Of a stretch of DNA of 64,000 nucleotides, positions 19,528-30,197 are shown in pieces. A program made the position numbers and the translations under genes. Origin of the DNA: a virus. Below the pieces are notes generated by a model. The model was given only the letters and a program-made list of their open reading frames with translations. It was not told the origin of the DNA and did no database searches. Numbering within the stretch: position 1 is the first letter of the stretch; each line of letters begins with the position of its first letter. The stretch is taken from the IMG/VR virus record IMGVR_UViG_3300015607_001859; one strand, written 5' to 3'.

Positions 19528-20487
19528 ATGCCGGCTAGCACTTGGAACCTGGAATTTTTGAACCACAACAGCCAGCGAGCATACCCGCTGGCTGAGCACG
19601 TTAGCGCCGCAGACAGAACCGGTTCGATCCGGATTCCGCAGGATCTGATTGTCGAACTGTACCTGCCCATTTCGACTGCGCTCGACACGCTACCAGACAA
19701 ATTCTTCATTCGATCGTTAACGATCGTCGGCGGCGGCATCACGGTCGAAATCGGTTACGACGACGGAACTGCCGACCCGCCCGTGATCGCGTCCACAACG
19801 GCATCGACGTCCGGGTTCCGCGATAACAGCCGCTTTGCGCTTGTTGGCGTCAACGATTTTGACGATACGGTCGGTACGATCGTATTCGGGCGACTCGACG
19901 GCGTAGACGCGCTGCCGCCGGGCGAGTACTTGTTCGATCCCGAGGACACGCTGCTCGATCCCGACGCCATTCGGCCGATGATTCGTGGCGTCAGCTCGCT
20001 ATCGGTCGAGCAGGGCGGTCAACGGGGGCCGCAGCTGCGCGACGACATCGTTATCGAGGCTGGCGCCAACATTCGGCTGTCGACTGTATTCGTACCGAAT
20101 GACTGGCCGCGCATCCGCATTGACGCGATACCGGATACAACGCTGACGCGCTGCGACTGCGCCGAGCAGCTACCGCCGTGCATCCGCACGATCAACGACA
20201 TTCCGCCCGACGCACGCCGCAACTTTAACCTGCTCGGCGACAACTGCTTGACACTGACACCGATCACTCACGGACTGTCGCTGCGGGACACGTGCTGCCA
20301 GCCATGTTGCGGCGCGCGCGAGCTGGACGAGGTGTTTCGGCTGGTGCGCGGGCTTGAGAGCAGCGCACAGACGGTGGGCGCGCAGGCTTCGACGCTGTCT
20401 GCGCGCATAACGCAGTTCGAAGCCGTTGTGTTGGCCAGCCGCATTGGGAGTGGTTGCGAGGGTTCTGGCGGGAGTTCTGTTCCGTGA
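19528..20487 (+). CDS. structural protein, paralog 1 of the 'N..R.YP[FL] / IRTING' family
   Basis: EFLNHNSQRAYPL ... IEAGANIRL ... CIRTINDIPPD; Cys-rich C-terminus and coiled coil. Confidence 0.6.
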   Translation: MPASTWNLEFLNHNSQRAYPLAEHVSAADRTGSIRIPQDLIVELYLPISTALDTLPDKFFIRSLTIVGGGITVEIGYDDGTADPPVIASTTASTSGFRDNSRFALVGVNDFDDTVGTIVFGRLDGVDALPPGEYLFDPEDTLLDPDAIRPMIRGVSSLSVEQGGQRGPQLRDDIVIEAGANIRLSTVFVPNDWPRIRIDAIPDTTLTRCDCAEQLPPCIRTINDIPPDARRNFNLLGDNCLTLTPITHGLSLRDTCCQPCCGARELDEVFRLVRGLESSAQTVGAQASTLSARITQFEAVVLASRIGSGCEGSGGSSVP

Positions 20488-22109
20488 CGAATCTCAACCC
20501 GGCAGACAATACGCGCGACTACGGCGTCGAGGCACTTGGCGACGACTACCCGTTCGTACGTGTATCGTCCGATGCCCGCGGGATCCTGTCGGACTTGTGG
20601 CTATCTCACGAAATGCCTGATTTGGCATATCCGTTGTCGGTCCTGGAGCTGCACCACTTTGGGCGGCCGCTGCAGCTCGATCCGCCCGGCCCGCCAGACG
20701 AGCATCAGTGCGATGTCGTCATTGGCGACCGACACGGAACTGCCGTGTTCGACACGCGGCCCGCAGCGGTGCGGTACACCGGGCGCGCGTTCGGGCCGCG
20801 CTTCTACGTGCACGAGTGGTTGTCCGAAACATTCGTTCTGCGTGTCGTGCAGCACGTCAGCGTGGCGCTGGACACGTCCGTACGCGAACGCGCTGTCGAC
20901 ACCGAGACGGGTGAGGAGTGGCGCCTAGTCGAAGCGCCCGCTGAAACACCGCGCGTAGTCGAACAGGATGGAAATCCGCTCGGTATCGTACTGCTCCCGC
21001 AGGTCGCCGAGCTGGACGAGCGGACGCACATGCGGCTACCGCGGCGCGTCAAGCGCATCCACGTCGGTGATCAGGTACTGTCCGGACCGCTGATTATCCA
21101 GGCGGGTTTCAACATCGATATTTCAGACAGTGCGACCGCCGCGCGACCAGTACCCAGCCTTGTGTCGGCTGGGCTGGGTGTGCGCGTGGCTGCCGATGAG
21201 GGGCTCCGGCCGACCACGCGCCTGACGCTGTCAGCCGTAGCCGGGGCCGGCGCGGGCGTATTCCCGCTGTGCACGTCGGCAGAGGACCGCGGAGTGTCGT
21301 CTATCAACGGCGTGACCGGCGACCAGGAGACAGGGCGGTTCACGCTGACGGCGAAAGGTTGCACGTATGTACGGCAACCGTCATACGCTACGAACCTGCA
21401 GCGCTTGGCGCCGGCGTACCTGCGCCTCGGAAATCAGTGCACGGTCTGCCGCCCGTGTTCGAAATACGTCGATGCGTACGAACGCGGCCTGCGTGTTTAC
21501 GACCAGCTGCGTGTGACAGCCGGCCGCCTGCGCGACGACGTTGGTCGCTACCACCAGATGCGAGATCGCTGGCAGGACGTGAAGGATTGCTGCGAGCGCA
21601 AACCGATCAAGGTGTCGATTCTCGGCGGCTGCAAGGACGATCGCGTGGTGATCACCGTGGCGGTCCTTGTCGCGAATGTATTCGACACCTGTCTGTACGA
21701 CGTGACGGCGGAGGTCTCTATCGGGGCGACTGGCACGTCCGGGGACACTACGTGCGACTCTGGCGCCGAGATGGTGCCATCCAGCAATTTTCAGACGCTA
21801 GACAACGGCCGCACAGTCATGGCGGTTGTCGAGGGGCACTGGCCGGTGTTCCGTTTTCGGTGGCCTGTGCTCAGTCCGTGGCGCGCCGTCCGCGCGCAGG
21901 TTACATATACGTGGGAGACCGGCGGACCGACAGGCACGGTTACCGCCACCGGAATCGCGGCCGCCGGCGGTACTCCACTGCCAGACGGCGCTGGGGTATC
22001 CGATACGGCCGCCGTAGACATCTCGTGTCTTGAGCAGATCAGCGAGGTTGTCGATTCCGGCCTCGGGTCCGATGGCGTTTTGCAAGATCCTTGCCAGTGG
22101 GTAGTCTGA
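20484..22109 (+). CDS. structural protein, paralog 2
   Basis: GTGA overlap; DDYPF ... IQAGFNIDI ... VSSINGVTGD; Cys-rich region and coiled coil. Confidence 0.6.
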   Translation: MTNLNPADNTRDYGVEALGDDYPFVRVSSDARGILSDLWLSHEMPDLAYPLSVLELHHFGRPLQLDPPGPPDEHQCDVVIGDRHGTAVFDTRPAAVRYTGRAFGPRFYVHEWLSETFVLRVVQHVSVALDTSVRERAVDTETGEEWRLVEAPAETPRVVEQDGNPLGIVLLPQVAELDERTHMRLPRRVKRIHVGDQVLSGPLIIQAGFNIDISDSATAARPVPSLVSAGLGVRVAADEGLRPTTRLTLSAVAGAGAGVFPLCTSAEDRGVSSINGVTGDQETGRFTLTAKGCTYVRQPSYATNLQRLAPAYLRLGNQCTVCRPCSKYVDAYERGLRVYDQLRVTAGRLRDDVGRYHQMRDRWQDVKDCCERKPIKVSILGGCKDDRVVITVAVLVANVFDTCLYDVTAEVSIGATGTSGDTTCDSGAEMVPSSNFQTLDNGRTVMAVVEGHWPVFRFRWPVLSPWRAVRAQVTYTWETGGPTGTVTATGIAAAGGTPLPDGAGVSDTAAVDISCLEQISEVVDSGLGSDGVLQDPCQWVV

Positions 22110-22116
22110 GTGCCGC

Positions 22117-23718
22117 ATGGACTGGTACAACCTCAACGGCGTCCGTGGCTATCCGTTTGACGAGCGCAGCACGCTCGCCAGCGACGCTGGCTCGCAGATA
22201 CCGCCGGACATCATTGTCGACTGCTCGATACGGTTCCCAGACACACTCGGGCAGCTAGCGTTTGTGAGCGCACTCCGCGTCACGGCGGCGGCCACGAGCG
22301 TCGTCATCAGCACAGCGCCGGATCTCGATACGCCTAGCTTGGTCGTGATCGCTTCACTCGTGATCACCGGACGCCCCGTTCCCGGGCAACCGTACCGGCT
22401 ACGCGCGCTGCACCGCGGGTGCGACGGGTGGCTCGTTTTCGGCGCCAGTACAGCAGACTTCCAGGGCCGCTTCAGTCTGCCACGGCAATCGGCGCTGCTT
22501 CCGCGTACGGCGCGCGGCTACGTGCCGCTGCCAATACCGTGGGTGTCGCGCGAGCTGGACGAGCGTCGTCTTGTGGACACCGTGCGCCTACTGGCGGGGA
22601 ACGACGTCGAGATCGTGTCTGGTACGTACGAGACAGAGCACGCCGTGCACGACGCAATCTATGTGCGACTGCGCGGTGACGATTTGCAGGGCACGCTACA
22701 GCGGTATACCGGTCCGTGCGGCGGTCGCCCGGAGTCGCGCACGTGCACAGGCTCTCCGATCGAGGTCATCAACGAGGTCGTGCCAGTCGATGGCAACATC
22801 CAGATGGATTTCGAGGGCATTACGGCGCATCCACTCGCGCACGGAATACTCCTCAACACGGACCTGTCGCTGCCGGGTTTGTGCGCACACACGACCGTAA
22901 CAGACAACCCCGTCGATATCTGCAGCGAGCCGCTCGTATTCAGCGAGATCGTAGACGGCCCCGGTGACGACCCGGCAGACCCGGATACCGACAGCGAGCT
23001 GGCATCAGAGATCGACACGTCTGAGTTTGTTCCGAGTCCGTACCCGCAATGCGTCCGCTTTTTTGATCCGCCAGGCGCCGAGAATTCTGCCTACTTCACG
23101 CTGCTGCATCAGCGCGGTACCTGGGAGCTGGTTACCGCGGTGCCGGATACGTTTCCGTGTTCCGCCAACGCGCGTCCACCCGACACATGGCGCAGCGCGC
23201 GCGTTGTTGCTGTGGCCGACGGACCCGGCACGTACGGCCCGCACTTCCGTAACGCCCTGCTGCTCCACGACGACCCCGCGTATCCGGCTGGATTTGAACA
23301 GCGGCTGCAGACAGACATACGACTCCCCACCGAAAACGCGCCCGGCCGTATTGGTTTCGTGCTTGACTACCAAGCGCGGGATCTGCGCGAGAGCGGGCTG
23401 TTCGTCGGGCTCAGTGAGGGCCGGTTACTCGAGGTGGCGCGCCTTGTTGACGGCCAGTGGGTCAACCTGTCCGCCTGGGCAGTCGGCGTCGTGCCCGCGA
23501 ATACGTGGGTTACGCTCTCGGTGTGGATTACCCAAAATCCCAGACAGCCGACTGTCGCCGACATGGTCGTCAGGTTGCTGGTCCCTGGGTGGCATCGCGC
23601 GGCTGAGATGCGTACGTTCGGCGAGTTCAGCGGCGCAACCTTCCTCGGACGTAACGGTCTTGTCTCAGCGATAACCGGCGCCAACTTCGCATACTACCAC
23701 ATCGATAACGTGCCATGA
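22117..23718 (+). CDS. structural protein, paralog 3, with a C-terminal lectin-like beta-sandwich
   Basis: DWYNLNGVRGYPF ... LLAGNDVEI ... IEVINEVVP; C-terminus GRIGFV...NTWVTLSV resembles a ConA/LamG-like fold. Confidence 0.55.
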   Translation: MDWYNLNGVRGYPFDERSTLASDAGSQIPPDIIVDCSIRFPDTLGQLAFVSALRVTAAATSVVISTAPDLDTPSLVVIASLVITGRPVPGQPYRLRALHRGCDGWLVFGASTADFQGRFSLPRQSALLPRTARGYVPLPIPWVSRELDERRLVDTVRLLAGNDVEIVSGTYETEHAVHDAIYVRLRGDDLQGTLQRYTGPCGGRPESRTCTGSPIEVINEVVPVDGNIQMDFEGITAHPLAHGILLNTDLSLPGLCAHTTVTDNPVDICSEPLVFSEIVDGPGDDPADPDTDSELASEIDTSEFVPSPYPQCVRFFDPPGAENSAYFTLLHQRGTWELVTAVPDTFPCSANARPPDTWRSARVVAVADGPGTYGPHFRNALLLHDDPAYPAGFEQRLQTDIRLPTENAPGRIGFVLDYQARDLRESGLFVGLSEGRLLEVARLVDGQWVNLSAWAVGVVPANTWVTLSVWITQNPRQPTVADMVVRLLVPGWHRAAEMRTFGEFSGATFLGRNGLVSAITGANFAYYHIDNVP

Positions 23719-24473
23719 GTACTCGCGTCGTATACCCAGAGTTTCGCGACGAACACACGCTGGCGCGCTACCCGTTCGCCGATGACGCCAGCTTGGTTGC
23801 CGACACGGGACGCGTACTCACGCCGGACGTTGTGCTTGATGCCATGCTGTACCCGGCCGGGAACGGCGGGCCGCTATGGCTGTCGCGCATCGAGATCGAT
23901 CGCCTGCGCATCACCTGGGTGATCGCGAACGCGGCTGGTGATGCGTGCTCCGGTACGTGCGACATCGCGGATCTCGACCCGACTGTCGATCTCCTCGACG
24001 CACTCGGACGCCCGGCTGGCATACTGCTGTTGAATCCTGACGTCGTGGCGGGTTTGCAGGTCTGGGATGCCGGCGCGCACACGTTCAGCGAGGATAGCGG
24101 GGCTTTCGTGGCGTCCTGCGTCGCCGTTGCGCCAGCTGTGGGCGTACGTGGCATCGCGGCACAGGACCAGCAGCCGCTGTCTGGCGACATATGGATCATC
24201 GGCGAGGACGGGGTGCAGTTCAGCATTGTTCCGACCGGCATTCGTGTCGACATCGTCGGAGACCCGCTCTTCCGGCGGCGCGCCTGTGCCGGTAACGAAG
24301 TCTTTGTCGCGCCCGAGTTTTTGCGTACGATCAACGGAATTCCACCGACGTACTGGGGCGGATTCCAGCTACAGGCGGGTCGCGTGCTAAGCCCGCGCCC
24401 AGCTTTGCGAATTTACGTCGACGAATCTGGTGCCGTTGTCATCGGGCTAGCTGCGGCCGAGGAGCAAACGTAA
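23715..24473 (+). CDS. structural protein, paralog 4
   Basis: EFRDEHTLARYPF ... IIGEDGVQF ... LRTINGIPP. Confidence 0.6.
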   Translation: MSTRVVYPEFRDEHTLARYPFADDASLVADTGRVLTPDVVLDAMLYPAGNGGPLWLSRIEIDRLRITWVIANAAGDACSGTCDIADLDPTVDLLDALGRPAGILLLNPDVVAGLQVWDAGAHTFSEDSGAFVASCVAVAPAVGVRGIAAQDQQPLSGDIWIIGEDGVQFSIVPTGIRVDIVGDPLFRRRACAGNEVFVAPEFLRTINGIPPTYWGGFQLQAGRVLSPRPALRIYVDESGAVVIGLAAAEEQT

Positions 24474-25393
24474 TGGCGCGCAACGAGTGGTACACCGACA
24501 ACGCAAATCGCCGCTACCCGTTCGCCGTTGAACCGCCAGCGGCCGCGCTGTCGACGCCAGCGAACACGCTACCGAACAGCGCGCTGGTGGACTGCGGGGT
24601 GGTCTGCCTGCACGGAGGAGGCTTCGTGCCCGGGCGCGATCGCGTATGGGTGTCTGATGTTGCCACGTCGCCCACGCACGTCCAGCTGACATTGAGCAGT
24701 AACGCGCCTGGCATCGCCGATACGATTGAGAATCCGGGCGGGAACCCGCTGATTTTCGACATACCGCGCACCGCTCCCGAGAATACTCCGGTTTTCGGTT
24801 CTTGTGAGATCGCCGGCCCCGGCTCCTGCCCAGAGTATCTGCTCTGGCACGGATTCGTAGTGGTGGGCCGTATCTCCGAGCTTGCGGGCTGGGCAGAAAA
24901 CGTACGATCCGGTCCGCTGCTGGCCAGCGCGCATCTGCTGGAACCGCACTGCGTGCAGAGCTTGCAGGGGGCCTACGTACGCAGCCTCTCGATCGCAAAC
25001 CGGCGACGTACTCGTACCACAGACATCCCGGGTGTCGCACGTGACATCGTCCCGATCGCAACGTGCCGGCAGGGTGCGCAGCGTTTTGTTGCCGGCTACA
25101 ACTGCGTGATCGGGTACGACACGGCGCAAAACGGGTTGGTATTCGCGGCGCGTCGCGGCGAGGGTGCCGGCGAACCGTGCGGCGAGGTACCAGCCTATGA
25201 CGGCGAAGAGCCCGTACCCGACAGCGCGCTACTTTCCGGCGGACCCGCCTGCCGCGACACAATTCGGTCGATAAACGGCGCGCCCGGCCCAGCGTTACGA
25301 TTGCGCGGCGAGAACGGGATCACCGTGCGACGGCACCCGGACGAGCCCGGGCGGATCATCGTACGGCTTGATCCGACAACCCTCGCGAGGTGA
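24473..25393 (+). CDS. structural protein, paralog 5
   Basis: NEWYTDNANRRYPF ... FVAGYNCVI ... IRSINGAPG. Confidence 0.6.
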   Translation: MARNEWYTDNANRRYPFAVEPPAAALSTPANTLPNSALVDCGVVCLHGGGFVPGRDRVWVSDVATSPTHVQLTLSSNAPGIADTIENPGGNPLIFDIPRTAPENTPVFGSCEIAGPGSCPEYLLWHGFVVVGRISELAGWAENVRSGPLLASAHLLEPHCVQSLQGAYVRSLSIANRRRTRTTDIPGVARDIVPIATCRQGAQRFVAGYNCVIGYDTAQNGLVFAARRGEGAGEPCGEVPAYDGEEPVPDSALLSGGPACRDTIRSINGAPGPALRLRGENGITVRRHPDEPGRIIVRLDPTTLAR

Positions 25394-25396
25394 CCT

Positions 25397-26215
25397 GTGG
25401 CACTGGCTTTCGACACGACGCGGTGCGGGCTACCGGCGTTACCGCGCATTGACGACTTTCAGCTGTTCGACGACTGCTATATCGCGCCGTCGCCAACCGG
25501 TATCCATGGGTGCATCGATCCGATTGTCGGGCCGAGCATCCCCGGCCCGCAAGGTCCGCAAGGACCGCCGGGACCGGGCGGCGACGGCCCGCAAGGTCCG
25601 CCCGGTCCGCAGGGGCCGGCGGGCGCCGACGGCGCGCCAGGTCCGCAAGGCCCAGAAGGCCCAGAAGGTCCGGAAGGTCCGGAAGGTCCGGAAGGTCCGC
25701 CCGGGCCGCCAGGACCAGAAGGGCCGCCAGGCCCGCCCGGACCGGCCGGCCCAGCCGGTCCGACGGGGCCGCCCGGGCCTCCAGGTCCGCCCGGGCCTCC
25801 GGGCGACAAGTACGCCATCGTGTCGAGTACCGTGGGGCCGGTAGGCCTGATGTGCGTGGAGGCGCCAGAGGTCTGGTTCGAAGACGTCGTGAGCGTATCG
25901 CTAGAGACGCTGGACGCGACGTGCGCGGTAGGATTTGCCCCGATTGATCCTCTGTTTGTAGAGGTCTGCGTACCGCAGTCCCTGCGAGTTACCAGCGTGG
26001 TTACAGATTGCCCCAGTATTGTCGGGGCGTACGTGGATGGCATGTCCCGTGTACGCGTGCGGGCCTCCGTAGCCGACAGCAGGCCCCCGGCGTCGGCTAC
26101 CGTTAGTATTCGTGGCATTCGCGCCGGTCGTGCCGGCGTGCGCTTTCCGCGCTTTTCGGAAGCGCAGATGGCCAAGAACACGCAGTTTTGGGCGGGCGCC
26201 TACGATGAACCCTGA
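25397..26215 (+). CDS. collagen triple-helix repeat fibre protein
   Basis: About 29 Gly-X-Y triplets (25544-25810) flanked by a Cys-containing N-terminus and a C-terminal [14 protein letters not shown] domain. Confidence 0.85.
   Translation: MALAFDTTRCGLPALPRIDDFQLFDDCYIAPSPTGIHGCIDPIVGPSIPGPQGPQGPPGPGGDGPQGPPGPQGPAGADGAPGPQGPEGPEGPEGPEGPEGPPGPPGPEGPPGPPGPAGPAGPTGPPGPPGPPGPPGDKYAIVSSTVGPVGLMCVEAPEVWFEDVVSVSLETLDATCAVGFAPIDPLFVEVCVPQSLRVTSVVTDCPSIVGAYVDGMSRVRVRASVADSRPPASATVSIRGIRAGRAGVRFPRFSEAQMAKNTQFWAGAYDEP
25544..25810 (+). repeat. 9-bp-periodic collagen repeat (GPQ/GPE/GPP)
   Basis: Tandem ggtccggaa/ggcccagaa/gggccgccc units. Confidence 0.9.
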
Positions 26216-27863
26216 GCCGATCCTCCTGACGCTGCCGGACGCGCCCGGCGACACGATCGTGCTTACCGCTGCGGTACGTGACTTGGCGCAGCAGTATCCT
26301 GGCCGCTACGACATCGGGGTCGATACGCACGCGATCGACATATGGAACGGCACGCCGCACGTCAAACTCCGACCGCCGCCGCACGGGCGCCGCGTACTCG
26401 ACATGCGGTACGGGCGCCGCATCCTGGCGAGCGCGCGAGCCGGTACGCACTTTCTGCTGGACTTTGTGCATATCCTGAACGATCACCTGGGGACCGACGT
26501 TGTTCTGTCCGAGCCGCGCCCCGCGCTGTACTTCACCGACGACGAAGCGCCGCGCCACGCAGCCGTTCCGGATACTCCGTACTGGGTCATCATGCCAGGC
26601 TGGAAGGGTGACATGCCGGTAAAACGGTGGTCCCCCGCGCTGTGGCAGATCGTCGTAGACATGCTCGCATCGTACGGTATTCAGTGCGTCCAGCTGGGCG
26701 GTGGCGCTGGCTCAAACCCGCGCTTGGTTGGCGTCACAAGTCTCGTCGGTAAGACGTCGCTACGAGACATGCTCCGGATAATCCGGGACTCTGACGGCGT
26801 TATTTGCGGAGTCACCGCGGCCATGCACGCTGCCGCGGGACTGGCGCGGCCCTGCGTGGTACTTGCCGGCGGACGCGAAACTCCGACGTGGTTCTCGTAT
26901 ACCAACGACGCAGCCAACTTCGGTCCGCGCGCGTCCGGCGCTGTTCAGGTGCCACACCGCGTACTGCATGCCATCGGTACGCTGCCGTGCTGCCAATCCG
27001 GCGGTTGCTACAAGCGCGGTTTCGTTGCTGCAGGCCGGCACCATGCGCGGGAGCTGTGCCTTCTGCCACGCAACGCTGACATCCAGATCGCAGCGTGCCA
27101 AGCAGACATATCGCCGACGCAGATCGTGGAAGCTGTACGCGGCTACACCACGCAATCTGCGCAGATCTCGGCCGAGATCTGCGCACTTCTGCACGGAGAC
27201 TACCCTGACATGCACGCGCGGTTCTTGCGCCAGCTGCTAGACACTACGCCTCCCGAGCAGCCGATCAGGCTGATTGCCAACGCGGTAACCGGGGCCAGCA
27301 TACCGCACGTGCGCGCTGCGGCCACCGACGCGCGCGTACGCGTCGTTTGGTCGACTGAGAACGTTCCTAAGTACGTGTGGCTGGGGCGCCTGCTGTGCGG
27401 ACGCTCCGGGTGGACGGATACGGTACGTGCCGACTGGTTGGTCTGGCTTGACGACGATAGCTACTGCGTGCGCCCGGGTTGGCTACCCGATCTGCTCGGA
27501 CGCTGCCGTCGCGACGTCGGCATGGTTGGTCCACTTCACCTCTGGAGCTGCAACGCGCGCTGGCTCAGGTGGCTGACAGCGTCACCGTGGCACGCGCGTC
27601 CGTATCGCCAGCACCCCAGTAAACCAGTGCCAGCGGTGCGCTTCTGTGTCGGCTCTGTCTGGGCGTTGAACACTGAAGCCGCGCGGCGCCACGGCGTACC
27701 TGACGCGCGGTTGGCGCACACGCGCGGAGATATCACCATGGGCGCCCAGCTTTACCAGGCGGGGTATGAAATCGTAAACTGGCCGCGAGCGCGCTCGTGG
27801 GTCGAATTCAACAGCGCCCCGCGACGCGGTATGCGCGGTACGCATCCGGCGGACATTTGCTAA
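26205..27863 (+). CDS. two-domain glycosyltransferase: GT9 (ADP-heptose transferase-like) plus GT-A/GT2-like
   Basis: [45 protein letters not shown] (GT9); C-terminal [11 protein letters not shown]xD motif and FCVGSVW (GT-A). Confidence 0.8.
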   Translation: MNPEPILLTLPDAPGDTIVLTAAVRDLAQQYPGRYDIGVDTHAIDIWNGTPHVKLRPPPHGRRVLDMRYGRRILASARAGTHFLLDFVHILNDHLGTDVVLSEPRPALYFTDDEAPRHAAVPDTPYWVIMPGWKGDMPVKRWSPALWQIVVDMLASYGIQCVQLGGGAGSNPRLVGVTSLVGKTSLRDMLRIIRDSDGVICGVTAAMHAAAGLARPCVVLAGGRETPTWFSYTNDAANFGPRASGAVQVPHRVLHAIGTLPCCQSGGCYKRGFVAAGRHHARELCLLPRNADIQIAACQADISPTQIVEAVRGYTTQSAQISAEICALLHGDYPDMHARFLRQLLDTTPPEQPIRLIANAVTGASIPHVRAAATDARVRVVWSTENVPKYVWLGRLLCGRSGWTDTVRADWLVWLDDDSYCVRPGWLPDLLGRCRRDVGMVGPLHLWSCNARWLRWLTASPWHARPYRQHPSKPVPAVRFCVGSVWALNTEAARRHGVPDARLAHTRGDITMGAQLYQAGYEIVNWPRARSWVEFNSAPRRGMRGTHPADIC

Positions 27864-27876
27864 GGAACGTCACACG

Positions 27877-28266
27877 ATGCCGACGACGATCAGCATGCGG
27901 TATCGCACAAGCACGTACGACGGGCAGCACCGCCTGGAGGTCGAGATCACGACCGTTTCCGGCGAGCTCAGCACCACCGCACTGTTCCTGATGCACCAGA
28001 TTCCGAACTGGTACGGGGCCACGAGCGTGGCGCAGCCACTGGGCGTATGCAGCGCGCTCGACATCGCGAACTATCCCGAAAACGCGCCGCTGGCAAACGC
28101 AAATCCGCCATACTTCAGGGCCGCGACAATCGATCTGCTGCTTGACAGCACGGCCACTGTCGCAAGCGTCGTGGCAAGCATTACAGCCGCGCTTGATCGG
28201 CTCCGACTGAGTGTCGATCGGCTGGCCAGCCTGGGCTCGTGGCAGTCGGTAGCCATCGGCAGTTAA
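27877..28266 (+). CDS. hypothetical protein
   Basis: 129-aa ORF with AAGGA RBS, in operon register. Confidence 0.6.
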   Translation: MPTTISMRYRTSTYDGQHRLEVEITTVSGELSTTALFLMHQIPNWYGATSVAQPLGVCSALDIANYPENAPLANANPPYFRAATIDLLLDSTATVASVVASITAALDRLRLSVDRLASLGSWQSVAIGS

Positions 28267-28288
28267 CCATACCTGCGTGGAGCGCCAA

Positions 28289-28579
28289 ATGTCCGGAGCC
28301 GTGACTCTGACCAACGACATGATCGACACACTGTTGTCCAATGCCAGCCTGGTCGCGCTCGTGCCGTGTTTGCAGCACGTACGCGAGCTGCCCGCCGCGA
28401 ACTGCTGCGGCGGCGGGCGCGCGACACTGGACTATCAGCACATCAAGGACTGCATCGCGTTGACCGACAACGCGTCCATCCAGCTTATTCGCCATGCGTT
28501 GCACGCGGCCAAGCTGGTGGTGTATCGTGTGACTACGAAAAATGGCGTGCGCGGGCTGGTAAAGCACACGCGCGCCTGA
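28289..28579 (+). CDS. hypothetical protein (CCGG motif)
   Basis: ATG 28289 after GGAG; in operon register. Confidence 0.55.
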   Translation: MSGAVTLTNDMIDTLLSNASLVALVPCLQHVRELPAANCCGGGRATLDYQHIKDCIALTDNASIQLIRHALHAAKLVVYRVTTKNGVRGLVKHTRA

Positions 28580-28691
28580 ATTTGCGCCAATTATGCGTCA
28601 CTACTTAGTAGTGGTCGCGTTTACGAGTCGGCCGCGCGCCGCGATCCTGTCGCGGCGCCGTGTTCCAGTTTTTACATACGGGGAGACTGTT

Positions 28692-29006
28692 GTGCCGGAT
28701 ACCTACCAAGACGTTACCGTGCCCAGCGCGCTCACGGACGTGCTCATCGTGCAGTCGCGGTCGCGTGTCAACCACGCGACGCGTACCATGGACGTGACGT
28801 TCCGAAGCGCGCAGCGTGAACTTCTGCTTGACCGCGCTATCAGCGCCGAAGCCATCAGACTCGCTGCGCTGAACGGCCTTGGCAACCCCGGCATCGCAAG
28901 CGTCGGCGCGCCGTCTCCCGTACTGGCCGACGGGACGCTCGTCTCGGGTGCGGTATCGGTGCCGGTCCTCTTCGAGATCACGGTCACGACGCAAGGCACG
29001 TCGTGA
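28692..29006 (+). CDS. hypothetical protein
   Basis: GTG 28692 after GGGAG; GTGA overlap with the next gene. Confidence 0.5.
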   Translation: MPDTYQDVTVPSALTDVLIVQSRSRVNHATRTMDVTFRSAQRELLLDRAISAEAIRLAALNGLGNPGIASVGAPSPVLADGTLVSGAVSVPVLFEITVTTQGTS

Positions 29007-29488
29007 CCGTCGTACTTCTTGGTACGGCGCGCCGGTGGTTTCGCGGCTCGCCCCTGGCTGTTGAAACGTTGCTGCGCGACGTGCTACAGCTGTGGCCGAC
29101 ACCGGCAGACGATTACGAGCTGCCGCCAGGTGCCGTAATCGTTCTGCTGACGTGCGATATCGTCGTCCGCCTGGGAGTGCTTGACGTACAGCGTGCCGTT
29201 GGCCTGGGTCACGTCCTGTGGCATACCTACGGTAAAGCGGAGAGTCTTGCCGCCGTGCTCGACAACCACAACGCGGCGTCGGTGCGCATAGCCGATCGTA
29301 GCCGCGTTGTGGTCTATGACACAGAACTGCGGCCGCATACCTACGACATCGCGACCGGACGCGAATGCCCGCTAGGGCGCCCGGTCGAGAAGCTGATATA
29401 CGACCTGGGGGCGCTGGTCGAACGTAGGATCCGGGCAGATGCGCACGACGCAGACGCTGCAGACAAGGACGCCGCTGGCGCTGTTTAA
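29003..29488 (+). CDS. hypothetical protein
   Basis: 161-aa ORF, coupled start. Confidence 0.5.
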   Translation: MTVVLLGTARRWFRGSPLAVETLLRDVLQLWPTPADDYELPPGAVIVLLTCDIVVRLGVLDVQRAVGLGHVLWHTYGKAESLAAVLDNHNAASVRIADRSRVVVYDTELRPHTYDIATGRECPLGRPVEKLIYDLGALVERRIRADAHDADAADKDAAGAV

Positions 29489-30197
29489 CGACTCGCGCGC
29501 TTGCGCAACTGCGTTACTGGCGGCATGGCTTGATGCGTGGCCGGAGTCGTCAGTTTTTGGCGATGACGAGCAGCGGTACTCCCCAGAAACGATTCTGCTG
29601 GAGCTGCGGTCTGAGCTTGGATCTCATCTGCTGTCGCAGAACTACCAGGGGCTTATGGCCGCTGTCGAGATCGTTACGACCGACCACTTCACGCAAAGCC
29701 TTCCGGACTTCGTTCGGCTGTGCAACATCCTGGCTGGTGACGATCCCGGCGACACGTTTGATTTCGCCACGGCAGATGAGATCGCATGGGCCGTGTGGGA
29801 GCGCGCCGTACTGCTGGCTCTGGTTTTCGGCGATGACGCGGACGTCGGGAAATACTCCGACGAAATTCTGGGCTACGCGCAGCACATGCTGTCCGACGCT
29901 GGAATCACGCGCATCCCCCCGACGATGCGGCACATGTTCGCGACCACTCCGGCGGTGTTCGATGACCAGAACACCGACCTAGCCGACGACCCGGCTATGT
30001 GGCAAATTGCCAACGGCGTACAGGCCGCGCAAATCGGCGAAATCACAAACGCGCTGGCTGCGCGCCACGGCGAGTTGCGCGCGCAACTCGCCGCCTTTGC
30101 GCAAACGGGCGCGCGCCGTGTTGACGACACCTGGGCTGAGCCAGCATTCGCTATCGCCAGCCGGCTCGTAAACGCAAAGCAACCAGGTGCCGCGTGA
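29439..30197 (+). CDS. hypothetical protein
   Basis: 252-aa acidic helical ORF with coding-like codon bias. Confidence 0.6.
   Translation: MRTTQTLQTRTPLALFNDSRACATALLAAWLDAWPESSVFGDDEQRYSPETILLELRSELGSHLLSQNYQGLMAAVEIVTTDHFTQSLPDFVRLCNILAGDDPGDTFDFATADEIAWAVWERAVLLALVFGDDADVGKYSDEILGYAQHMLSDAGITRIPPTMRHMFATTPAVFDDQNTDLADDPAMWQIANGVQAAQIGEITNALAARHGELRAQLAAFAQTGARRVDDTWAEPAFAIASRLVNAKQPGAA

Noticed and set aside
25477..26181. Minus-strand Gly/Pro-repeat ORF
   Set aside because: Antisense shadow of the collagen gene (GGN-CCN codons are self-complementary in pattern).
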